This document shows positions 20,830 to 30,426 of a stretch of DNA of 64,000 bases, piece after piece. Source of the DNA: Vulcanimicrobiota bacterium. GTDB taxonomy: Bacteria; Vulcanimicrobiota; Vulcanimicrobiia; Vulcanimicrobiales; Vulcanimicrobiaceae. The notes beneath the pieces were generated by a model, which made no database searches, was not told the DNA's origin, and saw only the letters and a program-made list of their open reading frames with translations. The stretch covers positions 928,001 to 992,000 of the forward strand of contig CAWCIZ010000003.1 in assembly GCA_963795855.1 (NCBI GenBank). Direction: 5' to 3'. Numbering within the stretch: position 1 is the first letter of the stretch; each line of letters starts with the position of its first letter. The position numbers and the translations under genes are program-made.

Positions 20830-22389
20830 ATGCAAAGCATAATTGCGGTAACGGGTACGCAGGCTGCAGAACTGCTGGAAGGCGCACTGGAGGCGGATCG
20901 CCGGGCAAGGCGTGACGATGCTCTGGAGCTGCTGGCAGGCTGCGCGGAGTGGCCCGCACCATACAACGAGCAAGGACTGGTACTACGCGCCGACGTGCTG
21001 ACCGCGCGCGACGCCATCACCGGCCTTCAAGAACTAGCCGCACACGCGGATGCGTTCACCTCGCCGGACGGGCGGGTGGCATACCTGATTGCGTCGGCAC
21101 GCGCCTACATGAAAGCGCGCAACTTCGATGCCGCGGAAGCGATGCTGGATAGCGCGCAGGGCGGACTCGAAGCCGCAAAGGGCGAGCGCCGTCACGAACT
21201 CGCATACGCTCGTGCGCGTCTGCAGTGGAATCGCCGCGAATACGATCCGCAAAGCGAGCACCTCGCATTAGCGCTGCGCTCGGCGGACCCCGCGATTCGC
21301 ATGAATTCCCTGAACCTGCGCGGTTGGATGCATGCAGGTCTGGAAGACTATCGTTCGCAGTTGCGCGATCTGCTCGGCTGCCTCGAAATCTTCAAGGAAC
21401 ACGGTCATCTTTGCGGTCTGGCCAGCGTCGCGACGTCGCTGCAGACGGCATCGGTAGCCGGTTGGGAACTGCACGACCCGGATGCAATGCGTCAAGCCGA
21501 AGCGGCGTTCGACGCGATTGCGTGGACGCCGGACATCCAAGTCCACCGGTTCCTGTGTCTGCGCTCGCTGGCGTGGCACGCGTTCCTAGCGGGCGACTCG
21601 GCTCGCGCGCAGTGGCTCTTCAAAGACTCCAAGGACGACGCGCCGACGCCGGCGTGGAAGGTCATGGCGCACGTCGATCGGGCTTATGTTGCGCGCATCA
21701 ACCGCAACGAAGCGTGGGCGGCGGAAGAGCTGCACGAGGCGCACGGCCTGGCGCGCAAAGTCGAGTGGCATGCGACTCGCGACGAAGAACGCATGGCGCT
21801 CATAACCCTGGCGGTGCTCTTCGCACCGATCGACCTGGGACACGCCCAGCGCTACGTTTCGACCTACATCGAATTGGGCGCCGGCAACCTGAACTCCAGC
21901 GTCGAAGCCTCGCACGAACCACGCCGGAACACCGCGCATCAGAAGTATGCTGCGGGCCGCGTTCAGGCGATGCTCGGCAACAAAGCCCTCGCGATTCGGG
22001 CACTCGAGGAAGCGTACGAGATCTTCACCCAGATCGACCACGACTTCCGCGCGGCGGTCGTCTCGCAAGCGCTTAGCGAACTCACCGGTGATGCCAGATG
22101 GCTGGACAACGCTCGCGTCCACGCGGCGAAGTTCCCGAAGAGCGCGCTGGCTCAACGGTTGAATCAGCACGACGAGCGCAAGGAAGGACCGGAACTCCAA
22201 GGCTTGACGCCGACGCAGCGACAGATTGCGATCGCGCACTGCCAAGGCTTGGATAACGCGGAACTTTCGCGGCGCTTCAGCCGGAGCACGTTCACCATCG
22301 AAAAACAACTCGAAGAGATCTATGCCGCCTTCGGCGTGCGATCGCGCGCCACGCTGCGCGACGAATTGCATCGCCGGGGCATCCTGTGA
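20830..22389 (+). CDS. TPR-repeat protein with C-terminal LuxR-type HTH, regulator B
   Basis: LTPTQRQIAIAHCQGLDNAELSRRFSRSTFTIEKQLEEIYAAFGV; aligns with regulator A. Confidence 0.8.
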   Translation: MQSIIAVTGTQAAELLEGALEADRRARRDDALELLAGCAEWPAPYNEQGLVLRADVLTARDAITGLQELAAHADAFTSPDGRVAYLIASARAYMKARNFDAAEAMLDSAQGGLEAAKGERRHELAYARARLQWNRREYDPQSEHLALALRSADPAIRMNSLNLRGWMHAGLEDYRSQLRDLLGCLEIFKEHGHLCGLASVATSLQTASVAGWELHDPDAMRQAEAAFDAIAWTPDIQVHRFLCLRSLAWHAFLAGDSARAQWLFKDSKDDAPTPAWKVMAHVDRAYVARINRNEAWAAEELHEAHGLARKVEWHATRDEERMALITLAVLFAPIDLGHAQRYVSTYIELGAGNLNSSVEASHEPRRNTAHQKYAAGRVQAMLGNKALAIRALEEAYEIFTQIDHDFRAAVVSQALSELTGDARWLDNARVHAAKFPKSALAQRLNQHDERKEGPELQGLTPTQRQIAIAHCQGLDNAELSRRFSRSTFTIEKQLEEIYAAFGVRSRATLRDELHRRGIL

Positions 22390-24513
22390 CGCCGCTGCTT
22401 GCAGCACTCGCCGGAGCGGTACTAGCACTCCTCGTGGCGGGCGCCGTCGCGGTCTTTGACCGCCGGCGCTCGCTGCGGGCGCTCGTCGAAAAGCGCTACA
22501 GCGTTCTCGAAAGCATTCCGGACGCTTTTCTCATCGTCGATCGCGAGTTTCGATTCACGCACGCAAACGAGCGCGCTGAAGATCTCTTCGGCCGCAGCGC
22601 GGGCGAACTGGTTGGGTATCGCGTCGAAGACATTCTCGACCCGCTCGCATCGGAGCTGCTGCCCGAGATGCGCCGCGCCGCCGAAGCGGGACGCCCGATC
22701 GAGCGACTACAGTATTTTCCGGCGACGAGCCGCTGGATCGAGATCTGCATGCAGCCGGCGCGCGACGAAGTGCTCGTGTATCTGCGCGACATTTCGGAGC
22801 GTAAGAAAGCCGAACTCAGCGCGCTGGACAAAGAACGGCGTCTGCGTTTGCTGCTCTCGCAAATTCCGGCGGTGCTCTTCACCGTCGATCTCGACATGAA
22901 CATCACGTCGGTCGCGGGCGCCGCGCTTAGTCAACAAGATCTTTCGGAAGATAAACTGGTCGGCGCACCGTTCGACGCGCTGCTCGCCGGCCACGAACAA
23001 CGCCTCGCATCGGTGTCGGCGGTGCGACGCGTACTGGCGGGGGAGGCCGTTTCCTACGAAACGCAACTGCGCGATCGCTGGCTGCAGAACGACGTCGAAC
23101 CGCTTCGCGACGCACAGGGGAGCGTCGTGGGCGCCATCGGCGTTATGCTGGACGTCACGGAAGTCCGCTCGAGTGCGGAGCGCTTCGCGCAGCTCGCCCG
23201 TCAAGATGTGATGACGGGGCTGCCCAATCGGCTCGCGCTGGAAGAGCGTCTGCCGGAGCAGGCTCGACCACGCGCTGCAAAATCACGAGTCGGTCGCGGT
23301 GCTCTTCGTCGACCTCGACCGCTTCAAGACGATCAACGACACGCTCGGGCATCGCGTCGGCGACGATCTGCTGCGCGCCGTTTCAAGCCGCATGCAGACG
23401 CGCATCGACAATCGCGCGACGATTTACCGGCCTGGCGGCGACGAGTTCGTCATCGTCATCGACGGAATCAAACACAAACGCACGGTCGCGGCCATTTCGA
23501 TGGAAGTGCTGCAGGCGTTCGCCGAACCGTTCGACGTCGAAGGCCGCGAGCTGTTCGTCACCGCGAGCCTTGGAGCGAGCATCTTTCCGCAAAATGCGCA
23601 GACCGCGGACGAACTCATCGCATACGCCGACTCGGCGATGTATCGCGCCAAAGAGTCCGGGCGGAACAACGCGAAATTTTACGATGGAACCATGCACGCG
23701 CACGTGCTCGAACGCATGGGCTTGGAGCAGGATCTGCGGCAGGCGCATTTGCGCGGCGAGCTGCGGCTGCTGTATCAGCCGATCGTCGACATGGCTTCGC
23801 GGCGCATCGTCGGCGCGGAAGCGCTGCTGCGCTGGCAGCATCCGCTGCTCGGCGAACTCTCGCCGCAGACATTCGTGCCGATCGCCGAAGAAACGGGCGT
23901 CATCGTCGAGATCAGCCGCTGGGTGCTGCGCGAAGCTTGCGCGAACGCGGCGCGGATGCGGCGCGAGGGAGCCTCGGATTTCCGAATCAGCGTGAACCTT
24001 TCGCCACGCGATTTCTACGAACAGGATCTCGCCGCCACGCTCGCCGCCGTGCTTGCGGAAACCGGTTTGCCGGCGGACGCGCTGGATTTGGAAGTCACCG
24101 AGAACGTGGTGCTCAACGACATGGCGCTCGAGACGCTGCAGCGGATCGCGAACATGCACGTCAACGTCGTCGTCGACGACTTCGGCACCGGCTACAGCTC
24201 GCTGCACTACATCAAGCGTTTGCCGGTCAAGGCGATCAAAATCGATAAGAGCTTCATCGACGACGTCGCGATGGATCCGTACGATCAAGGCATCGTCAAA
24301 GCCATTACGACGCTGGGCAATACGCTCAACCTGCGCATCATCGCCGAAGGCATCGAGTCGGAATCGCAGTACGAGTTCTTACGCTCGCTCAAATGCGAGC
24401 ACGCGCAGGGCTATTTCTTCTATCGCCCGCAGACGTGGAGCGCGCTCGTCACGATTTTGCAGCGTAGCGGTGAGGTGAGTACCGGCGCGCGCGTGATTCC
24501 GCTGTACGGCTAG
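22386..24513 (+). CDS. Membrane-anchored PAS-PAS-GGDEF-EAL protein (apparent frameshift near 23262)
   Basis: N-terminal TM helix, two PAS domains, TGLPNR, GGDEF, AEAL, DDFGTGYSSL. Confidence 0.9.
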
Positions 24514-25915
24514 GACGCAAGACCGTTACGTCGCCGAATCGGCACACGACGGCGAGCCGTCCTCGCCGGCGGGCTGCGACGACCCGCGGTAACAAGGTAA
24601 GTTCGAAAACGCGATTGCGCCACTCGCCGGCATACACCAGGTAACCGTCGAACGACGCGGGCTCCTCGAGATTGGTCGCGTTGGGATACGCCAACGCCAT
24701 GTGGGCGAACCACTCGTCGTGCGTCATGACGGGCGCTCCGTGCGGGACGCATTCGAATGCGCGCGCAACGAGATTCGGATTTTGCTCGTGCGCCGGCGCG
24801 AGGTAATGCGCCGGGTGCATCGGATTGAAGGCGACGAGCACGACCGTGCAAAGCGCAACCGCGGCGACCCACCAGCGCTCCGCTTTGCCGCGCTGCAAAA
24901 CGGCGATACGAACGAGCGCCCAAGCGGCGCCGAGCAAAAGCCACGGCGCCCACAGCAGTTCGTAGTGGAATCCCATTCGCCAAACGAGCGAATCGCTCGC
25001 GAGCAGCACGCCTACCAAACCTGGAGCCGCAAGCCACGTCCAGCGAGTCAACAGCGGAAGAAACGCCAGCGGCGCAAACGCTTCGAGCAGGTACGTCAGG
25101 CGGCCCAACGTGAGAACCGACGATCCGATCGCGAGCGGATGCGTAAAGACCGCAGCCGCCGTTTGAATCGGGCCGTTCGCGAACGGATAGCGGTACAAGT
25201 GCGCCGGCGCCCACCCGCCCACGCGCGGCACGACGACGAGTGCATAGAAAAGCAGCGCAGCCGCGCAAAGTCCGGCAAGTCCGAACCCCGCGGCACACAA
25301 GTGCAGCGGTTCGCGCGGCTCACCGAGCAGCAAGCCCTGCTGCGAGCTTTGCCGCCGCTTCACGACGCCGATCGTGCCGAGTGCAGCTCCGGCGACGAAC
25401 ATATCGACGCTCACGTCCTCGCGAATGAGCGCCAGCGCAAACGCGCACAGCGCAAACCAGCCCCAGCGCGCGCGATCCGCAGACCAAAAAAGCGCCAGAG
25501 CGAGCACGGGGTAGAACGCGAGCTCGTGAAACTCTTCGAACGCAGCGGACAGAAGCGGCGGATAAACGAGCGCGAGAACTGCGGCGCGCGCCGCCCATGC
25601 GTCGCCCGCGTACGATCGCACGATCGCGGCGAGCGGAAGTGCCGTCGCGCAAATCAGCAGCACTTGCACGATCTGAAGCGAGAACGGCGAGCGCGTCAGC
25701 GCGACGACCGGCCAGAGCACCGCCACAATCGGCGACCAGTGGAAGTGAAAGTGCGAACCGTGCTCCGGTCCGTCGCGGAACGCCGAGAACGCGTTCAGCG
25801 CGATCTGCGCGAACGTTCCGGTGTCCGTCCCGTACGTCCACACGTTCCAGCGCACAACCGCGAGCGCCGTCATCAAGAGTACGGCCAGCGCGACGGCGGC
25901 GAGCGGACGGCGCAT
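24449..25915 (-). CDS. DUF2079 family membrane protein (GT-C-like)
   Basis: DTGTFAQ, HWSP, EFHE, RED motifs; many TM helices. Confidence 0.7.
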   Translation of the reverse strand: MRRPLAAVALAVLLMTALAVVRWNVWTYGTDTGTFAQIALNAFSAFRDGPEHGSHFHFHWSPIVAVLWPVVALTRSPFSLQIVQVLLICATALPLAAIVRSYAGDAWAARAAVLALVYPPLLSAAFEEFHELAFYPVLALALFWSADRARWGWFALCAFALALIREDVSVDMFVAGAALGTIGVVKRRQSSQQGLLLGEPREPLHLCAAGFGLAGLCAAALLFYALVVVPRVGGWAPAHLYRYPFANGPIQTAAAVFTHPLAIGSSVLTLGRLTYLLEAFAPLAFLPLLTRWTWLAAPGLVGVLLASDSLVWRMGFHYELLWAPWLLLGAAWALVRIAVLQRGKAERWWVAAVALCTVVLVAFNPMHPAHYLAPAHEQNPNLVARAFECVPHGAPVMTHDEWFAHMALAYPNATNLEEPASFDGYLVYAGEWRNRVFELTLLPRVVAARRRGRLAVVCRFGDVTVLRPSRTAESRARRYSPHRYAAKS

Positions 25916-25980
25916 AGCAGCCTATTCGCCGCCCGGCAGGTGGGTCATCCGCCGCCCCGAACCTATGCGGGTCCATTTGC

Positions 25981-26056
25981 GCCGACGTAGCTCAGTTGGT
26001 AGAGCAGCTGATTCGTAATCAGCAGGTCAGCGGTTCGAGTCCGCTCGTCGGCTCCA
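25981..26056 (+). tRNA. tRNA-Thr(CGT)
   Basis: Full cloverleaf: acceptor GCCGACG/CGTCGGC, anticodon loop TTCGTAA, T-loop TTCGAGT, encoded CCA. Confidence 0.97.
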
Positions 26057-26063
26057 TTTGCAT

Positions 26064-27221
26064 ATGAAGGTCCCCATCGCGCTTTTGATCGCGCTGGCTT
26101 TTCCGGCCGGCGCGGCGCATACTGCACGGCTCGACGATCTCGCGGGAATCATCGTCGTTCCGACGATCGTAAACGGCAGGGGTCCGTTCCATTTCGTGCT
26201 CGACACGGGTGCCGGCGCGATGGTCGTCACGCCGCAACTCGCGAAAACGCTGGGGCTGCGTCCGGGCGGTACCAACACGGCAACCGGAATGGGCGCGAAG
26301 ACGGTGACCGTCCAAGACGTTGAATTGAACAGCGTCTCCGTCGCGGGCGCGACCCAGCCGAATGTTCGCGCCGTCGTCATTCCATTGCCGCCGGGCCTGA
26401 CCTACCAGGGATCGTATGGAACGATCGACGGAATCGTCGGCTATACGTTCTTGCGGCATTACGCCGTAACGCTCGACGTCGCGGGGGGCCGCGCAACGCT
26501 GACGCCGAGCGCGAATTTTACCGCGCCGGCCGGAATTCGTGCCATACCCTTCACGTACGCCGAACGCGGAATTCCGGCGATACGCGCAAGCGTCGAAGGC
26601 GCGACCGGCCGTTTTGAGGTCGACAGCGGCAACAACGGGGACGTCATTCTAACGCGAGAGTTTGCGCAACGCCACGGCGTCGCGCGCCGGTATGCGAACC
26701 GCCGAATTGCGGAATACCAAGGCGTCGGCGGAAGAGTGACGGCGCAACGCGTTCGCCTCGAGCGCATGACGGTGGACGCGAACACCATGCATTCCGTGGC
26801 GGCGACGATTTCCGATTCCAGTCTGCTAAAGCATGACCGACTCGACGGCAACATCGGATACGGAATTCTTCGTCAAGTCGTCATCACGCTCGACTATCCG
26901 CGTGCGCGCGCCTATTTCCAACCAGGGCGACGCTTCGACGCGTACGCCGCAACGTTGGGTACCGGCTTGGTGTGCGACCGGACTGCGGACGGTCGGTTTG
27001 AAGTTCTGCGGGTGCTGCCGCAGACGCCCGCTGCGCGCTCCGGCGTGAAAAGCGGCGATGTGATCGTTGCGATCAATGGCCGCAAGAGCGAAGCGCTGAG
27101 CAACGCCGGCTACGCCGCGCAAGTCGGAAGACCGAGTGTGAGATACACGCTTCTGCGCGCCGGCGTTCAACGCACCGTGACCGTGAGGTCGGTTGACTTG
27201 CTTCCGCCTGTAACTCGCTAG
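26064..27221 (+). CDS. Secreted double retropepsin-like aspartyl protease with PDZ domain
   Basis: FVLDTGA and FEVDSGN; PDZ-like TPAARSGVKSGDVIVAING. Confidence 0.85.
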   Translation: MKVPIALLIALAFPAGAAHTARLDDLAGIIVVPTIVNGRGPFHFVLDTGAGAMVVTPQLAKTLGLRPGGTNTATGMGAKTVTVQDVELNSVSVAGATQPNVRAVVIPLPPGLTYQGSYGTIDGIVGYTFLRHYAVTLDVAGGRATLTPSANFTAPAGIRAIPFTYAERGIPAIRASVEGATGRFEVDSGNNGDVILTREFAQRHGVARRYANRRIAEYQGVGGRVTAQRVRLERMTVDANTMHSVAATISDSSLLKHDRLDGNIGYGILRQVVITLDYPRARAYFQPGRRFDAYAATLGTGLVCDRTADGRFEVLRVLPQTPAARSGVKSGDVIVAINGRKSEALSNAGYAAQVGRPSVRYTLLRAGVQRTVTVRSVDLLPPVTR

Positions 27222-27306
27222 CCGCTAACGCGCCGTGATCGTCGGGTAGCATACCGACGAAGAGAAAAGCTTAGTAGTAACTGCGAAACGGGTACTCTTC
27301 CAGCGT

Positions 27307-27951
27307 ATGTCCGACACGCTCTTCCGCATCACCGTAGCAAGGTTCGACGGCAAATTTACACGCGACATGCGCGAGCATGTGGAAGAAACGCTCAAACGCG
27401 CTCGCGGAACTGACGTACTCGTCATCGATCTCAATAATGCGGATTTTGAAGACGCGTCTTCGCTGCGGTTCGTTCGGGACGACTACTGCACGCAAGTCAC
27501 GAAGCCGCAAGTGCGAATTCTAAACGGCGGCGATGCGTTGAAGTGCGGCCGCATCTCCGAAAGGGATCGCGAACGCGTGCAAATGCTGTCCGGTACGCGC
27601 TGTTTGTGCCCCGGCAACATCCCCGGCGTTTTTTGGGAAGACGTCGTGCTTCATGCCGCCGACGTTCGCGCTGCGAGCACGAGCGACGGCAAGCAGCGTC
27701 TCACTGAGTTGGTGCCGGCAATCGACGCAAACGTGCGTTTGTTGCTCCCCTCAGCACGCGCCGAGCACGACGGCGAATCGTTATGGCAATGGAAGAACGA
27801 GAGCCGGCACGTTCAAATTCAACCAGGCGCGGCTGCCGGCGTCGTCGAGATCTTCGAGGATGGCTCGTACGTCGCCGTTCGCTCAATGAGTATTCGCGAC
27901 TCGACGCCGCGCGAGATTGCGATGGGTATCGTGGAGTTTTTAACCGCGTAA
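27307..27951 (+). CDS. Hypothetical protein with STAS-like N-terminus
   Basis: VLVIDLNNADFEDASSL resembles the STAS DLxxxxFxDSS motif. Confidence 0.5.
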   Translation: MSDTLFRITVARFDGKFTRDMREHVEETLKRARGTDVLVIDLNNADFEDASSLRFVRDDYCTQVTKPQVRILNGGDALKCGRISERDRERVQMLSGTRCLCPGNIPGVFWEDVVLHAADVRAASTSDGKQRLTELVPAIDANVRLLLPSARAEHDGESLWQWKNESRHVQIQPGAAAGVVEIFEDGSYVAVRSMSIRDSTPREIAMGIVEFLTA

Positions 27952-28332
27952 CGCGCCGGGTTTGGCGTCTGCAAAGAGCGGTGCGAGCGCAGGCCGGTAC
28001 TGCAGGCACACGATGATCCACAGAACGAGAACGACAATCGGTGCCGGTAACGCGCTTTGCGCCATCGTCAAGTGAAACGCGAAGTCGTTGTAGAGAAATG
28101 CCGCGAGCATGAACAGCGCGAGCGGAACGTAGCGGTTCAGCAGCAGCAGCACGCCGAAAACGAGTTGCGCGGCGCCGACGAACATCGACCAGTGCGAATG
28201 CACGAACGCATCGTTGAACGTTCCGGCAAGCCCGGGAAGCGGCGGCGGGTTGGTGATGATGAACGAGAGGATGCCGGCAAACGTGAAGACGAGTCCGAGC
28301 AAGATCCGGGCGATGGTAGCAACGATTCTCAT
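27940..28332 (-). CDS. DoxX-like membrane protein
   Basis: ARILLGLVF; GVLLLLNRYVPLAL; four TM helices; SD AAGGAGG. Confidence 0.75.
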   Translation of the reverse strand: MRIVATIARILLGLVFTFAGILSFIITNPPPLPGLAGTFNDAFVHSHWSMFVGAAQLVFGVLLLLNRYVPLALFMLAAFLYNDFAFHLTMAQSALPAPIVVLVLWIIVCLQYRPALAPLFADAKPGALRG

Positions 28333-28357
28333 GGCGGTCCCTCCTTTTCGTTAGGAC

Positions 28358-28384
28358 GTCGAACCGCGTTCGTCAAAATCGACA
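28358..28384 (-). promoter_or_regulatory. ECF42-type promoter upstream of the DoxX-like gene
   Basis: TGTCGA-N17-CGAC on the minus strand. Confidence 0.75.
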
Positions 28385-29622
28385 CGCTGCGGCGCGCCGC
28401 AGCAGTAAATTCTTGTCGCGAGCGTTTTGTGCGAGCGCCGCCGCGCGTTCGAACTCCTCGCCGGCCTCGTGCAAGCGGCCGAGCTTCTGCAGCAAATCTG
28501 CGCGCACGCTGGGCAGCAGGTGATACGACTTGAGCGCGGGCTCCTCGAGCAGGACATCCGCGATTTCGAGTCCCGCGGCAGGGCCGAATGCCATGCCGAC
28601 CGCCACCGCGCGATTTCAGCTCGATGACCGGCGAAGGCGCGATCTCGGCGAGTGCGTCGTAGAGCGCGGCAATCCCGTGCCAGTCCGTCTGGTCGGGCAT
28701 CGCAGCCCTCGCGTGACACGCTGCAATCGCGGCCTGCAGCGCGTACGGCCCCAGCGCTGCGCGCAGCTTGCGCGCGCGAGCCAGCGCGTCGAGTCCCCGG
28801 CCGATCAGCAGCCGGTTCCATTTCCCGCGATCTTGATCGAGCAGTAAGATCGGCTCTCCCGACGGTGCGACTCGCGCGCGCATGCGCGATGCCTGCAGTT
28901 CCATGAGCGCGACCAGGCCGTGCACTTCAGATTCGTCCGGTACGAGTTCGGCAAGCACGCGGCCAACGCGCAGCGCATCCTCGACGAGTTCGGGGCGAAG
29001 CACGTCGTCGCCGGCACTGGCAGCGTAGCCTTCGTTGAAAATCAGATAGATGGCTTCGAGTACCGCCTCCAGCCGCTCCGCGCGCTCCGGACCGGCGGGC
29101 ACTTCGAGCGGTACGCGCGCTTCCGTAAGCGTGCGCTTTGCGCGCACGATGCGCTGCGCGATCGTCGCCTCGGACGTTAAGAACGCGCGCGCGATTTCCG
29201 TCGTGCTCAGCCCGCCGATCAGACGCAGCGTCAGTGCGACGCGCGCCTGCGTCGATAGCACGGGATGGCACGCGGCAAACATCAGTCGCAGCATGTCGTC
29301 GTTGATTTCTTCGAACACGGTCTCGTATTCCGAACCCGCCTCTTGCGTTTCCATGTCGCGCCCCAGTTCGTCCGCCTTGCGTTCGAGCGTTTTGTCGCGA
29401 CGGATGGAATCGATTGCGCGGCGTTTTGCGGCGGTCGTCAGCCACGCGCCTGGATTGCGCGGGATGCCTTCCTGCGGCCACTGCGAGAGCGCCGCGACGA
29501 AAGCATCCTGCGCAAGATCTTCGGCTCTGCCGACGTCGCGCACGATACGCGTGAGGCCGGCGATCAGTTTGGGCGATTCGATGCGCCAGATCGCATCGAG
29601 CGTGTCTTTAAACAGAGCTCAC
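28373..29622 (-). CDS. ECF42-like RNA polymerase sigma factor with C-terminal TPR extension (apparent frameshift near 28616; start uncertain)
   Basis: AEDLAQDAF, NPGAWLTTAAKRRAID, CHPVLS, YLIFNEGY, QAAIAACH. Confidence 0.88.
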
Positions 29623-29946
29623 TTCATGGATCTCGCAGGTCGCGTCGCCGACGAGATCGAGAAACCGGCGAATCCACTCGAGCGCTTCATCGCGATTCGA
29701 GACTTCGAACAACGCGAAGCCGCCGACGAGTTCCTTCGACTCGGTGAAAGGCCCGTCGGTGACGGTGTCTTTCCCGTTCTTGCGCGCCACTTTGAATTCG
29801 ACGGATCCCGGGATCACGCCGCCCGTGTCGACCAGTACGCCTTGGGCTTTCATCTCGCCGATGAGCGCGCCCATTTTTTCGAAGTCTTCCTGCTGGGGCT
29901 GCTTCATCGTCGCCGGATTGTGCGTCAAGATCGAGAGCAGCCTCAT
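29608..29946 (-). CDS. YciI/DGPF family protein
   Basis: TDGPFTESKELVGGF. Confidence 0.88.
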   Translation of the reverse strand: MRLLSILTHNPATMKQPQQEDFEKMGALIGEMKAQGVLVDTGGVIPGSVEFKVARKNGKDTVTDGPFTESKELVGGFALFEVSNRDEALEWIRRFLDLVGDATCEIHEVSSV

Positions 29947-30353
29947 TGCGCGCTTCCCCGTAAGCGTTGCTCCTGTTCGCGAATTTCGGGCGCGAGCTCC
30001 TCGCCGAAGTCCTCGGCTTCGAAGATCTGGCGGATTTCGATCTCGTCGCCGTCCTGCATCGGTACGTGCGAGAACCGCGCGATGACCTCTTCCTTCGACT
30101 TTGCCTGAACGATCCAAAAGCCGGCGATCAGCTCCTTCGTCTCCGCGAACGGGCCATCGATAACGGTGGCCTTTCCGCCGCTGAATTTCATACGCGCGCC
30201 TTTGGACGAGGCCTGGAGCCCTTCACCGGCGAGCATGACGCCCGCTTTGATGAGTTCTTCGTTGAAACGGCCCATTGGGGCCAGCTGTTCGGCGGTCGGA
30301 ATCGCTCCGGATTCACTCTCTTTGGTGGCTTTGACGAGAACCGCGAATCTCAT
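29943..30353 (-). CDS. YciI/DGPF family protein
   Basis: IDGPFAETKELIAGFW; SD AAGGAGA. Confidence 0.9.
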   Translation of the reverse strand: MRFAVLVKATKESESGAIPTAEQLAPMGRFNEELIKAGVMLAGEGLQASSKGARMKFSGGKATVIDGPFAETKELIAGFWIVQAKSKEEVIARFSHVPMQDGDEIEIRQIFEAEDFGEELAPEIREQEQRLRGSAQ

Positions 30354-30387
30354 GACGTCTCTCCTTCGTGTCGTGTTCTACCGGTAC

Positions 30388-30414
30388 GTCGAACGGAAAA
30401 GCCGGGATTCGACA
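30388..30414 (-). promoter_or_regulatory. ECF42-type promoter upstream of the DGPF-DGPF-sigma operon
   Basis: TGTCGA-N17-CGAC on the minus strand. Confidence 0.8.
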
Positions 30415-30426
30415 TCGAGCCGGACT

